Notes: generated from the sequence alone by a model not told the origin. 44,387 bases of DNA from Actinomycetes bacterium (GCA_037134255.1 JBAXMO010000001.1:1-44387), one strand, 5' to 3'; shown: positions 19,293 to 31,141, counted from the stretch's first letter. Made by a program: numbers and translations.

Positions 19293-19957
19293 ACACACTC
19301 TTTATTGAAACCGCGACACCCCTGTGTGCGATTGCCCTCGGTTGTGGTGAGGTGATTGAGGTGCGCGAGCTGGACCAAGATCGTCGCCACGTGGAGGCTT
19401 TGACGCCTGGTATCGAAGCGTTGCTTCGTGAAGGTGGGCTGACTGTGGCCCAGCTCGACCGGGTTGTCGTTGACCGGGGACCGGGTCTCTTTACGGGCCT
19501 GCGCGTCGGCGTCGCTACCGCTATTGCGCTGACCAACGCCGTGGGGGCCACCCTGGTCGGCGTCACCTCGCTCGAACTCTTGGCGCACGGACTCTGGCTG
19601 GAGGGTCACCGCGGAGCCGTGGAGTGTCTGATTGATGGACGTCGTGGTGAGGTCTTCTCGCAGTCCTTCCTGCTGGGTGAATCGGTGACGGCCCGCACGG
19701 AGGCCACGGTACGCACGCCGCAGGACGTGGTCGTGGAGTACGGCACGAGTGGCGCCCCCACCACGTTGGTTGGTGACGGGGCCGAGCGCTATCGCGATCT
19801 CTTCTCTCTGATTTCGTGGATCACCATTGCGTCCGTTACTGACTCGTGGCTTCGCGCCGGCGTGACTCTCGGAAACATCACTGAAGCGAGTGACGTTCAA
19901 CCGCTCTATCTGCGTGAGGCCGATGCGGTGGCCAACTTCACGACCCGTAAGGCCTAA
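19289..19957 (+). CDS. tsaB: t6A biosynthesis protein TsaB
   Basis: IETAT, GPGLFTGLRVG, PLYLR; GTGA overlap with tsaE. Confidence 0.96.
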   Translation: MNTLFIETATPLCAIALGCGEVIEVRELDQDRRHVEALTPGIEALLREGGLTVAQLDRVVVDRGPGLFTGLRVGVATAIALTNAVGATLVGVTSLELLAHGLWLEGHRGAVECLIDGRRGEVFSQSFLLGESVTARTEATVRTPQDVVVEYGTSGAPTTLVGDGAERYRDLFSLISWITIASVTDSWLRAGVTLGNITEASDVQPLYLREADAVANFTTRKA

Positions 19958-20412
19958 TGACAATGTGGCAAGTGCGAGTCGCCGAAGTACGAGACATCAG
20001 CGAACTGCTATTAATTGAAGAGGCCCAGTTTCCAGAACCGTGGTCCCGTCGGATGCTTCGAGAAGAGATTGAAAATGGCGCCACCCGTCGCTACACGGTG
20101 GTCGAAGACGATGGTCGGGTCGTTGGTGTGCTCGGTCTGATGTTCATCGAAGATGACGCCCACATCAATACGATCGCCACCGCTCCGGACATGGAGCGTC
20201 GGGGGATTGGTCGAGCGCTCTTGGACGATGGACTGGTGGCGGCGAACCAACGGGGATCTACGCGCATGACGCTTGAAGTGGCCGTCGGGAATGAAGCGGC
20301 TCGAGCCTTCTACGCCGAGTACGGATTTGCGCCGCTGGGTATTCGCAAGCAGTACTACCAAAAGACCGGCGAAGACGCCCTCGTCCTGGTCAAGTATTTC
20401 GACGGTGGATGA
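19957..20412 (+). CDS. rimI: Ribosomal-protein N-acetyltransferase RimI (GNAT)
   Basis: FPEPWS, RRGIG, LEV..N..A..FY..GF, GEDA; tsaB-rimI-tsaD synteny. Confidence 0.92.
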   Translation: MTMWQVRVAEVRDISELLLIEEAQFPEPWSRRMLREEIENGATRRYTVVEDDGRVVGVLGLMFIEDDAHINTIATAPDMERRGIGRALLDDGLVAANQRGSTRMTLEVAVGNEAARAFYAEYGFAPLGIRKQYYQKTGEDALVLVKYFDGG

Positions 20413-20444
20413 CCAGGTGAAGAGAGTCCGCACCACATGACCCC

Positions 20445-20450
20445 TACGAT
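20445..20450 (+). promoter_or_regulatory. Putative -10 element, leaderless tsaD
   Basis: TACGAT 6 nt before ATG 20457; no SD. Confidence 0.55.
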
Positions 20451-20456
20451 TTGTTT

Positions 20457-21464
20457 ATGGGGTTAGTACTCGGCATCGAGACGAGTTGTGACGAGACGGC
20501 CGCTTCGGTCGTGGACGACCAACTCTCTATTCGTAGCTCGATAGTGGAGTCCTCCCTCGAGGTCCACAAGGACTTCGGCGGCGTCGTTCCCGAATTGGCC
20601 GGTCGGGCTCATGTCGCCACTATTGGCTCGGTGGTCCGTCGCGCACTTGAGGGAGCCGGCCTTGATCCGCTGGCCCCGGCACTCGATGGCATTGCGGTGA
20701 CCTCGGGCCCCGGCCTCATCGGCTCGCTACTCGTCGGACTTGCAGCGGCCAAGGGATACTCCCTCGCGTGGGGCATCCCTTTTATTGGGGTGAATCACCT
20801 TGAGGGGCATCTCTTCGCACCGCTCTTAGAGCAACCGGCCATGGAGTGGCCCATCATCACGTTGTTGGTCTCCGGTGGCCATTCAATGATTGTGCTGCAG
20901 TCTTCGGCGGGGGAGCATGAAGTCCTCGGTGAAACAATTGACGATGCCGTGGGCGAGGCCTACGACAAGGTGGCTCGCTGGCTCGGTCTCGGCTATCCCG
21001 GTGGCCCAATTATCGACAAGATGTCCAAGGACGGCGTAGTCGGATCACTTCCATTACCGAAGTCAATGGCCGGCGCCGGACTCGATTTCTCGTTCTCAGG
21101 TCTCAAGACGGCCGTGGTGCGCGGAACCGAAAAGCGCCCCGATCTCTCAATGTCTGACGTGGCCGCCTCATTTCAGGGTGCGGTCTGTGAGCAGTTGCTC
21201 CGCAAGCTGCGTCAAGCCGTCGACGGCAATGACGTTCGCGGTATTGCCTTGGCCGGTGGCGTAGCGGCCAACTCGGCACTTCGTGCGGGAGTAACGGCCA
21301 TGGCCCACGAGTTTGGCCTCGCGGCCCACCTGCCGTCGATGGCCATGTGTACTGATAACGCGGCCATGATTGCGGCCGCGGGCCACTATCGCCTGAAGCA
21401 CAATGGGCCGAGCCCGCTCACGCTTTCGGCCGTGCCGAACTGGCAGTTGGCGAGTGTCAAGTGA
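20457..21464 (+). CDS. tsaD: t6A threonylcarbamoyltransferase TsaD
   Basis: LGIETSCDET, NHLEGH, SGGH, FSFSGLKT, CTDNAAMI. Confidence 0.98.
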   Translation: MGLVLGIETSCDETAASVVDDQLSIRSSIVESSLEVHKDFGGVVPELAGRAHVATIGSVVRRALEGAGLDPLAPALDGIAVTSGPGLIGSLLVGLAAAKGYSLAWGIPFIGVNHLEGHLFAPLLEQPAMEWPIITLLVSGGHSMIVLQSSAGEHEVLGETIDDAVGEAYDKVARWLGLGYPGGPIIDKMSKDGVVGSLPLPKSMAGAGLDFSFSGLKTAVVRGTEKRPDLSMSDVAASFQGAVCEQLLRKLRQAVDGNDVRGIALAGGVAANSALRAGVTAMAHEFGLAAHLPSMAMCTDNAAMIAAAGHYRLKHNGPSPLTLSAVPNWQLASVK

Positions 21465-22072
21465 GCGAGCGCTGGATTCCCTTCGACGTCACTGACGCCG
21501 ATGTCGATCCCTTCGCACAGTGGCATCGTTGGTTTGAAGAGGGCTCACGCGAAGTTCGTGAACCGGAAGCCATAGCGGTCTCCACGGCAAGTGCCCAAGG
21601 CCGGATCTCGAGCCGCATGGTGCTCCTGCGCACCGCCGATGAGCACGGCTTTGTGTGGTTCACTAACTACAACTCCCACAAGGGTCACGATCTCACGGAG
21701 AACCCCCGGGCGGCCATTCTTTGGTACTGCGAACCACTCGGGCGCCAGGTCCGCATCGAAGGACCCGTCGTGCGCGTCAGTGACGCCGAGTCCGACGAGT
21801 ACTTCAACTCCCGCCCTCGCGGGCACCAAATTGGCGCGCACGCCAGCAATCAGAGTGAACCGCTCACTAGTCGCCAAGAGCTCGAAGAACGAGTGCGCTC
21901 CCTCGAGGCCGAATTTGATGGACGTGATATTCCTCGACCGGCCCACTGGGGTGGCTTCAGACTTATTCCGGAGCACTTCGAGTTCTGGCAACACCGTAAG
22001 GACCGACTGCACGATCGCGTTCTCTACGACCTTGTCAATGGTGCGTGGTCGCTCGCTCGCTACGCGCCCTGA
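21461..22072 (+). CDS. pdxH: Pyridoxamine 5'-phosphate oxidase
   Basis: RMVLL, FTNYNS.KG, YFNSRP, WGGF, EFWQ...RLHDR. Confidence 0.96.
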   Translation: MSERWIPFDVTDADVDPFAQWHRWFEEGSREVREPEAIAVSTASAQGRISSRMVLLRTADEHGFVWFTNYNSHKGHDLTENPRAAILWYCEPLGRQVRIEGPVVRVSDAESDEYFNSRPRGHQIGAHASNQSEPLTSRQELEERVRSLEAEFDGRDIPRPAHWGGFRLIPEHFEFWQHRKDRLHDRVLYDLVNGAWSLARYAP

Positions 22073-23256
22073 GCAGCCCGTTTGGCTTGGCGTAGGGCTA
22101 GGGGTCCGAAGAAGAGAACGGCGCCCAGTGAGGCCAATCCCGCAATTTGGAATATGGTCCTCGCGGGCAGGGCCGAGATGATGACACCGCCAAAGGCCAT
22201 CGAGCAGAGCGACATCCCAGTGAACACCGCGCCGATGGCGGCGTAGCCCCGACCACGGATCTCCTCGGGAATGCGTAGGGCAAACAGCGTCATGGCCGCC
22301 ACGTTGGCAATGCCATTGCCAACGCCACCCACGACCATGAAGGGAAAGACCCACCCGACCGACGGCAACCAACCAACGATGGTGAAGGCACCACCGATGA
22401 GTACGGTGCCCATCATGAGCGAGCGGATGATATTCATGTCGCCTTGCGGCAATCGCCCCGCGAGAACGGAACCCAAAACGTTGCCGATGCCGTAGGTCGC
22501 ACCGACGAGTCCGTAGATGGTGGAGGAGGCGTGCATGGTGCGCGTAATCAAGACCACTTCGGACACCGTGATCAAGTTGATGGCGAAGACAAAAATCATG
22601 GTCTCAATCACCACGGGTCGCAGCAAGGGATCACCAAAGAGCCATCGCATACCGGCCATGACCTGGCCCTTCTGTGTTTCGTCACTGTGACGCGGCTCTG
22701 GTCGTCGATCGTGATGGAGAAAGAGCGTCGCCACGCCGATGAGGAGAAATGTGACTCCGTCACAGATAAAGGCAGTGGATAGTCCGAACTGGCCGTAGAT
22801 GAGACCAGCGAGGGCCGGTCCGGCCATTCCGGCGACCGCCACAAGTGACTGCATCGACGCTTGAGTCTTGGCCATGTCCTCTTCGGGTGTGATGTGCGCC
22901 ACGAGGGCGCCGTAGCCCGGCTGGGTGAAGGCGACGCCGCAACCAAGCAGCACGGTGAGTATCAAAATCCCATACGAGGTATGGACTACAACGAGGCCGA
23001 GTACCGTGACGGCCTGCAACACGCCGAGCCAGCCCAAGAGCCGTCGAGTCGGTACGCGATCAACGACGAGTCCAGCTATCGGTGTCAACAGGACGGGGGG
23101 AGCGGCATTGGCGAAGGCCAGGGCGCCAATCATCCAGTGCTGGTTGGAGTGAGCGGAATGCACCATCAGCGCGAAGAGAGCGATTTCATCTCCGACAAAG
23201 GACAGCGAACGAAACAGGACGATGAGTCGAATGTCCCGCTGCTGCGCTTGGTTCAT
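22060..23256 (-). CDS. MFS transporter, efflux-type (DHA3-like)
   Basis: About 12 hydrophobic segments, GLVVDRVPTRR motif A, GPALAG. Confidence 0.9.
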   Translation of the reverse strand: MNQAQQRDIRLIVLFRSLSFVGDEIALFALMVHSAHSNQHWMIGALAFANAAPPVLLTPIAGLVVDRVPTRRLLGWLGVLQAVTVLGLVVVHTSYGILILTVLLGCGVAFTQPGYGALVAHITPEEDMAKTQASMQSLVAVAGMAGPALAGLIYGQFGLSTAFICDGVTFLLIGVATLFLHHDRRPEPRHSDETQKGQVMAGMRWLFGDPLLRPVVIETMIFVFAINLITVSEVVLITRTMHASSTIYGLVGATYGIGNVLGSVLAGRLPQGDMNIIRSLMMGTVLIGGAFTIVGWLPSVGWVFPFMVVGGVGNGIANVAAMTLFALRIPEEIRGRGYAAIGAVFTGMSLCSMAFGGVIISALPARTIFQIAGLASLGAVLFFGPLALRQAKRAAQGA

Positions 23257-23259
23257 TTT

Positions 23260-24000
23260 TTAGATGCCACCGATTGATGTGAGTCCACCGTCGACAACGA
23301 GGGAGGTGCCGGTGATGAAACGAGCCTGCTGGCTCAGGAGGAAGACGATGGCGTCGGCAATATCGTCGGGACGGCCCACGCGACCGAGGGGCGTGCGCGT
23401 GGTGATGGAGTTTCGAAAGTCGTCGCTTTCGAGGAGGGGGGCCAGCATGGGCGTCTCAATGGCACCGGGGCAGACGCAGTTGATCCGTACGCCACGGGGG
23501 GCCAGCTCGTGACCTGCTGCGCGGGCGAGGCCCAAGAGTCCGGCCTTGCTGGTGCAGTAGGCCGGTAGCCAGGCGTGACCGAAGTAGCCCTCGATCGAGG
23601 AGATGTAGACAATGGCTCCCTCGCCAGACTCGGCGAGGTCGTCGGCCAGTTCGTGAGTCATCACGGCTGCCGTGGTGAGGTTGATGTCGATGGTCCGGCC
23701 CCAACTCTCGGCGGTGAAGGCCGAGATGGGCTCAGGTCCGGAGACACCGGCGGCGTGCACGAGGCCACTGAAACCACCCTGGGCGGCGCGAGCAGCGGCG
23801 TAGGCCTCGTGGCGCTTGGCGGCATCGGTCACGTCAAAGGCCGCAAGGGTGGTGGTGACGGCCAATTCTGTGGCGAGCTCGGCCAGAGGCTCGGCCTGGA
23901 TGTCCCAGAGAACTAGGGGTCGACCGGCATTGGCAAGGGCCACTGCGGTGGCGCGCCCGATTCCTGAGGCGGCACCGGTAATGAGAACGGGATAGGACAT
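23260..24000 (-). CDS. Short-chain dehydrogenase/reductase
   Basis: TGAASGIG, YCTSK, PGAIETPM, VDGG; ATG 24000 after AAGGAG. Confidence 0.95.
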   Translation of the reverse strand: MSYPVLITGAASGIGRATAVALANAGRPLVLWDIQAEPLAELATELAVTTTLAAFDVTDAAKRHEAYAAARAAQGGFSGLVHAAGVSGPEPISAFTAESWGRTIDINLTTAAVMTHELADDLAESGEGAIVYISSIEGYFGHAWLPAYCTSKAGLLGLARAAGHELAPRGVRINCVCPGAIETPMLAPLLESDDFRNSITTRTPLGRVGRPDDIADAIVFLLSQQARFITGTSLVVDGGLTSIGGI

Positions 24001-24083
24001 GGTCACTCCTTCAGACTCCTGCCAAGTTAGGGCAAATTGGTACTTCGACCCCACAACTGGGCGAAATGGTGCATCGCTCGCCC

Positions 24084-24092
24084 TGCTACTAT
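24084..24092 (+). promoter_or_regulatory. Extended -10 promoter of groES-groEL
   Basis: TGC-TACTAT abutting the CIRCE. Confidence 0.65.
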
Positions 24093-24118
24093 TGGCAGTC
24101 GTAATCCTTGAGTGCTAA
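24092..24118 (+). promoter_or_regulatory. CIRCE (HrcA operator)
   Basis: TTGGCAGTC-N9-GAGTGCTAA vs consensus TTAGCACTC-N9-GAGTGCTAA, upstream of groES. Confidence 0.92.
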
Positions 24119-24139
24119 CTACCAGGAGGCTGAAAAGCA

Positions 24140-26106
<1,967 letters not shown>

Positions 26107-26108
26107 TC

Positions 26109-26160
26109 ATTCCTTCGGGAATCGCACTGGGCCGAGCCGAAAGGCTCGGCCCTGTTGCTG
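26109..26160 (+). terminator. Intrinsic terminator after groEL, tandem hairpins
   Basis: ATTCC-TTCG-GGAAT (26109-26122), then GGGCCGAGCC-GAAA-GGCTCGGCCC (26129-26152) plus TGTTGCTG. Confidence 0.85.
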
Positions 26161-26198
26161 TCTAGGGACGCCTTGTACGCTTTTCTCTCAGGCCCCTT

Positions 26199-27830
26199 AT
26201 GTCGATAACTCTATTCACCGCCCGCGAACTCGTCACCCTTGACGAAGACGGTGAGCGAGCCAATGCGGTCGCTGTTCTCGACGGACGCATCTTGTACGTG
26301 GGTACCACTGAATCGGTGACCGCCCGGCTCGGCGATGCGCAGTTCACGCTCGACACTCGATTTGCCGATGCTGTCTTGGTACCGGGGTTTATTGAGGCCC
26401 ACGGTCATCTCCTGCCCAACGGTTCCTTTAGCCAGCATCTCTGGCTGGGCTTCGATGATCGCTTGCGAGCCGACGGCACCGTGGACCGTGGCTGCACCTC
26501 CATCGACGAAGTAATCACTCGACTGCGCGAAGTGGCCGCGACTACGCCCGTGGGCGAGCACATCTTTGGTGTGGGCTTTGACCCGACCTTCCTGGACGGT
26601 CGTGCGCTCACCCGCCACGATCTAGATCGAGTCAGCACCGAGCACTACGTGTCGGTAATGAACGCCTCGCTGCACTGGGGCTACGCCAACTCCCTGCTCA
26701 TCAACGAGCAGGGTATAACTGCGGCGACCGACGCACTCGGCGTCGTCAAAGATGCCGACGGGGAACCCAACGGCCAGTTCGCCGAGACGGCGATGGCGCT
26801 CATCTTCGACGCGGTCGGTGCCATGCGGCAAGAGACGAAGAGTTCGCTGAACGCCGGGGCTCAGTTGGCCCGACTCGCGGGGGTCACAACGCACTCGGAC
26901 CTGGCCGTGCGGATTTTGGGGCGAGTTTTTGATGAGTACTCGGCGTACGCCGCATCCGGAGAACTCCCGGTACGGGTCGTTATTTCACCCCATATGTACG
27001 AGACCTTCCGCCGGCTCTCGCCTGCTGAGAGCCTGGAGCTGGTCCAGTCGGTCCGGGGACGTTGTAACGATCGGCTCTTGCTTGGTCCGTTGAAGTGGAT
27101 CTCCGATGGATCGATTCAGGGTTTCACGGCGGCCCTCAACTGGCCCGGGTACTGCAACGGTAGTGAGAACGGCCATCTTCTGCTCGACCGAGCTGCAATC
27201 ACCCAGTCAGTGCTGCCGTTTCACCGAGCTGGTTTTCAGGTGGCCATCCATGCCAACGGGGACCGCGCTATTGATGAGACGTTGCTTGCACTACGAGATG
27301 TTGTCGAGTCCGACCCCCGAGACGATCATCGACACCGCATTGAACACGCCCAGATGATGTCGCCCCAGCAGTTAGATACCGCTGCCGAACTCGGGGTGGC
27401 GCTGAACTTCTTCTCGAATCACCTTTTCTACTGGGGTGATATCCACTACACGACAACCATGGGTCCTGAACGAGCCATGCGCAGCAACCCGGCGAAGAGT
27501 GCCCTCGTGAAGGGGATCAAGATTTCCATTCACTCAGATGCGCCCGTGACCCCCGTCGCGCCACTCTTCACGATGTGGTGCGCCGTTAACAGGGTGACCC
27601 GCACGGGCAGGGTGCTTGGGGAACAAGAACGATTGACCCCCCTGGAAGCGTTACGAGCGGTGACTCTCGGCGCCGCCGAACTGATGCACCTCGATCACGA
27701 ACTCGGATCGATTGAAGTTGGCAAGCTTGCCGACTTCACCGCCCTGGCTCAGAACCCACTAACGACCGATCCGATGGCAATCAAGAACATCCCGGTGGTG
27801 GGAACGGTGCTGGCCGGGGTGCCGACCTAG
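26199..27830 (+). CDS. Metal-dependent amidohydrolase (YtcJ/Amidohydro_3-like)
   Basis: PGFIEAHGH, IHANGD, RIEHAQ, HSDAP, GSIEVGKLADF. Confidence 0.92.
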   Translation: MSITLFTARELVTLDEDGERANAVAVLDGRILYVGTTESVTARLGDAQFTLDTRFADAVLVPGFIEAHGHLLPNGSFSQHLWLGFDDRLRADGTVDRGCTSIDEVITRLREVAATTPVGEHIFGVGFDPTFLDGRALTRHDLDRVSTEHYVSVMNASLHWGYANSLLINEQGITAATDALGVVKDADGEPNGQFAETAMALIFDAVGAMRQETKSSLNAGAQLARLAGVTTHSDLAVRILGRVFDEYSAYAASGELPVRVVISPHMYETFRRLSPAESLELVQSVRGRCNDRLLLGPLKWISDGSIQGFTAALNWPGYCNGSENGHLLLDRAAITQSVLPFHRAGFQVAIHANGDRAIDETLLALRDVVESDPRDDHRHRIEHAQMMSPQQLDTAAELGVALNFFSNHLFYWGDIHYTTTMGPERAMRSNPAKSALVKGIKISIHSDAPVTPVAPLFTMWCAVNRVTRTGRVLGEQERLTPLEALRAVTLGAAELMHLDHELGSIEVGKLADFTALAQNPLTTDPMAIKNIPVVGTVLAGVPT

Positions 27831-29986
27831 TTCGCCTCATCCGGTGCCTCGACTGCGAGGTGCGGCATCTTTTTGTCGAGCCACGAGGGCAACCACCAGT
27901 TCGCGTTACCAAAGAGGTGCATCATCGCTGGCACCAAAATGGTTCGCAGGATGAATGCATCGAGGAATACGGCGGCCCCGAGGCCGATGCCGAACTCCGC
28001 AATCACTCGCTCGCCACCAAAGACGAAGGCCACGAAGACGGAAATCATGATGAGTGCGGCGGCGGTAATGACCCGGCCGGTATCGGCCTGTCCCCGCAAG
28101 ACGGAGTGCTTGTTGTCTCCGGTGTGGACCCACTCTTCGTGCATGCGGCTCACTAGGAACACTTGGTAGTCCATGGAGAGTCCGAAGAGAATGGCGATCA
28201 TGATGACGGGCAAGAAGGACTCGATGGGACCACTGCCAACATTCAGAAGTGAACCACCCCAGCCCCATTGAAAGACCGCCACCACAACGCCGAAGGACGC
28301 CCCGGCGGCCAGCAGGTTCATGAGGGCGGCGGTGGCAGGAATGAGCAGACTTCGAAAGGCAATCAGCAACAAGAGGGAGCCCAGGAGGACAATGACGCCA
28401 ATAAAGAGGGGCAGTTTGTCGGACAGTGTGCGAGCGAAGTCATCAAAAATGGCAGTTGCTCCACCGACGTAGGCGTGCAGAGTGGTTCCCTTGGTGAACG
28501 CTGGCACGGTCGTAGTGCGCAGTGACTTAATCAAGTCGGAAGTTGCAATGTCTGACGGTCCTGACTTTTGGAACACCATCAGTAGGGCCACCTTGTGGTC
28601 TGGGCTGATTTGGAGAGGCGCTACCTGCGCCACATTGGGGTTCTGCTTAATACCATCGGCCAATTTACTCATGGTCTCAAGGTCACTGGAACTAGTAATG
28701 GGGGCCACGATTTGAAGTGGCCCGTTGAAGCCAGCACCAAAGCCCTTCGAGAGGAGGGAGTAGGCCTTGTAGGTCGTGCTGGTCTGTGGGTCGGTGCCCT
28801 GATCGGCGTTGCCCAGGTGTAGAGAGAAGTAGGGGACGATCAAGACGCTGATCACCGCAATGGCTGCAATGGCGAGGGGCACTGGGCGCTTGGCTACAAA
28901 CGCACTCCACTGGTCCCAGCGGGGGTGTTGGCTCTCTTGCGAACCACCTTCTTGGGCCAGCTGACGCCGACTACGACGACTGAGTGCACGCATACCCATC
29001 ACGCGCAGAAGAGCGGGCAGGAGAGTGATGGCGGCGAACATGGTGATCAATACGGTCACCGAGGCGGCGACCGCCACGCCGTTGAGAAAGCTGAGCCGGA
29101 GTACCAGCATGCCGAGCAGCGCGATGCAGACGGTGGCACCGGCGAAGAGCACCGCGCGTCCGGACGTGTTGACGGCCGTGGCTACGGAGTCTTCGACACT
29201 CATCCCCTTGAGCAAGCTCTGGCGATAGCGGGTGACAATAAAGAGGGCGTAATCGATACCAACGCCGAGCCCAATCAACGAGGCCAGTTGGGGGGCGAAA
29301 GTCGCAATAGAGAACGTATGGGTCAAGAGTCCCACGGCAGAAGAGGCCGTGCCCAGGGCAAAAATCGCGGTCCCAATTGGGAGAAGCGGAGATAAGAGTG
29401 AGCCAAACGCCAATATCAAAATGATGAACGCCGCCAAAATACCGAAGAGCTCACCGGGGTTGCCCTTGGGTTGGTTGAGCTGACTGATGGCGCGGCCACC
29501 GAACTCCACGTCGAGTGAAGAGCGTCGCAAGGTCGAGGCCTTATCTACGACACCACGAATGTCTTCGTGCTTCAACGTGAATGCCGAGCCCGTAAAGATC
29601 ACGGTGGCGTAGGCAATCGATGGGTCCTTCTGGCTGATTTGGCCGATGCCCTCGTTCGTAAAGGGGCTCACAACGAGGGCCACGCTTGGCAGCGTTCGAA
29701 TCTCAGCCAGTGTCTTTGTGATGCTGGCCTGCGTTGCGGGGTCGGCGAGAGAGGTGCCATTTTTGGCGTGGAAGACGATGTTGTCCTGGTCGCCCTTCTC
29801 AGTCTGACCAAAACCTTGAACCAGTAGGCCGAGCGCCTTGGTGGACTCGGTGCCGGGCAAGTTAAAGGTGTCGCGGAAGTTGGTGCCAAGAGAGCTCGAT
29901 GCACCAGTCAGTCCTACGAACAAGGCAATCCAGAGCAAAATTACGGTAAAGCGGTGACGTACGCACCAGCGAGCGAGCGATGACAT
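27827..29986 (-). CDS. MMPL-family (RND) membrane transporter
   Basis: GVGIDYALF..TRYR, GLSMDYQVFL, GRVITAAALIM, NWWLP; ATG 29986 after AGGAG. Confidence 0.95.
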   Translation of the reverse strand: MSSLARWCVRHRFTVILLWIALFVGLTGASSSLGTNFRDTFNLPGTESTKALGLLVQGFGQTEKGDQDNIVFHAKNGTSLADPATQASITKTLAEIRTLPSVALVVSPFTNEGIGQISQKDPSIAYATVIFTGSAFTLKHEDIRGVVDKASTLRRSSLDVEFGGRAISQLNQPKGNPGELFGILAAFIILILAFGSLLSPLLPIGTAIFALGTASSAVGLLTHTFSIATFAPQLASLIGLGVGIDYALFIVTRYRQSLLKGMSVEDSVATAVNTSGRAVLFAGATVCIALLGMLVLRLSFLNGVAVAASVTVLITMFAAITLLPALLRVMGMRALSRRSRRQLAQEGGSQESQHPRWDQWSAFVAKRPVPLAIAAIAVISVLIVPYFSLHLGNADQGTDPQTSTTYKAYSLLSKGFGAGFNGPLQIVAPITSSSDLETMSKLADGIKQNPNVAQVAPLQISPDHKVALLMVFQKSGPSDIATSDLIKSLRTTTVPAFTKGTTLHAYVGGATAIFDDFARTLSDKLPLFIGVIVLLGSLLLLIAFRSLLIPATAALMNLLAAGASFGVVVAVFQWGWGGSLLNVGSGPIESFLPVIMIAILFGLSMDYQVFLVSRMHEEWVHTGDNKHSVLRGQADTGRVITAAALIMISVFVAFVFGGERVIAEFGIGLGAAVFLDAFILRTILVPAMMHLFGNANWWLPSWLDKKMPHLAVEAPDEAN

Positions 29987-30100
29987 GGAACTCCTAAGCA
30001 GCAAAAAAGAGGGGGGGTGAATCCAAGTTTGCGTCTTCACCTTAACGGTCTGCCCGTCTTCAACGTCCTGGTGCATTACGTTGAGTGAGGGGAGCAAGCG

Positions 30101-30868
30101 ATGACGATAGAACCACATGCATCACCGTTTCCAGGTCACGAATTCCCTCAGCGATTACCCCTCGTAGATCGTCGTGAACCCGGACGGCCTGCTCCATGGG
30201 AGTCGAGAAGTTCCGAAAGCTGGTCTTTACTCACTACCGAGGAGATTTCCCTCCGACTCCGTGGCCACTTCGTCACCGATCCAAGCCACATGCCGGTCGT
30301 TAATGACGAATTGGAGTTCTACCAACGGGACCGGGGCGAGACAATCCGAAAGTCGGCAGTACTCCTCTGTCTCTTTGATAGCGCATCGGGCGTGCAGGTG
30401 GTACTAACGCGCCGAGCGGCGCACTTGGAGCACCATCGCCACGAAGTGGCGTTCCCCGGCGGGCGCTGTGAGGATGACGAGACGCCCACGCAAACTGCGG
30501 TCCGCGAGGCGCAAGAGGAAGTCGGGATGGACCCCGCGGCACTAACCATCGTCGGTCACCTGACCCCCATCATCACCATGGCCAGTAACTCGTCGATTTA
30601 TCCGGTCGTTGGCATCCACACCGGTTTGCCCGAGTTCATTATCGACCCCTCGGAGGTTGATCGCGTTTTTACGGTGCCGCTGGCCCACCTCTTGCACCTC
30701 GAATCATTCGCCGAGGAACGTTGGTGGCGACCTAGTCGGCGACCCACTTCGACCGACGGTTCCTTCCCGGTTACCTTCTACAAGGTGCCCGGAGACTTGG
30801 TCTGGGGCGCCACGGCCAGGATTTTGACGGAGTTTCTTGAACTCATTACCCGTGACAATGAGTCGTGA
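30101..30868 (+). CDS. Nudix hydrolase, CoA pyrophosphatase-like
   Basis: LTRRA..L..H..EVAFPGG, REAQEEVG, VWGATA. Confidence 0.92.
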   Translation: MTIEPHASPFPGHEFPQRLPLVDRREPGRPAPWESRSSESWSLLTTEEISLRLRGHFVTDPSHMPVVNDELEFYQRDRGETIRKSAVLLCLFDSASGVQVVLTRRAAHLEHHRHEVAFPGGRCEDDETPTQTAVREAQEEVGMDPAALTIVGHLTPIITMASNSSIYPVVGIHTGLPEFIIDPSEVDRVFTVPLAHLLHLESFAEERWWRPSRRPTSTDGSFPVTFYKVPGDLVWGATARILTEFLELITRDNES

Positions 30869-31141
30869 GTCATGATCTCGGCGGCGGGAGGGCGAATCCA
30901 GTGGAACGCTCCTCGACGAATCGAAGATCAAGCAGGGCGACCATCGTGCTCTCGGGAAAATTGAAATGCCTACTCATCTAGATTTGCCTGACGGTCCAAA
31001 GATGCCTTGAGAGCAATTGTGGTGCCATGTCTGCCACCGATGTTGTCTGTAGGAGCCGACAGGGCCGGTCCGTGATACCCGGTTATCCGGTAGATTGATA
31101 GCACCGCAACGCCCTGGTGGCGGTTTATAACGGAGGTCATT

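Noticed and set aside
19064-19963. Long shadow ORFs (299 aa here; also 6719-7405, 17651-18382, 21545-22372, 24115-24762, 34369-35034, 37313-37930)
   Set aside because: They overlap well-supported genes and are expected from GC-rich codon bias.
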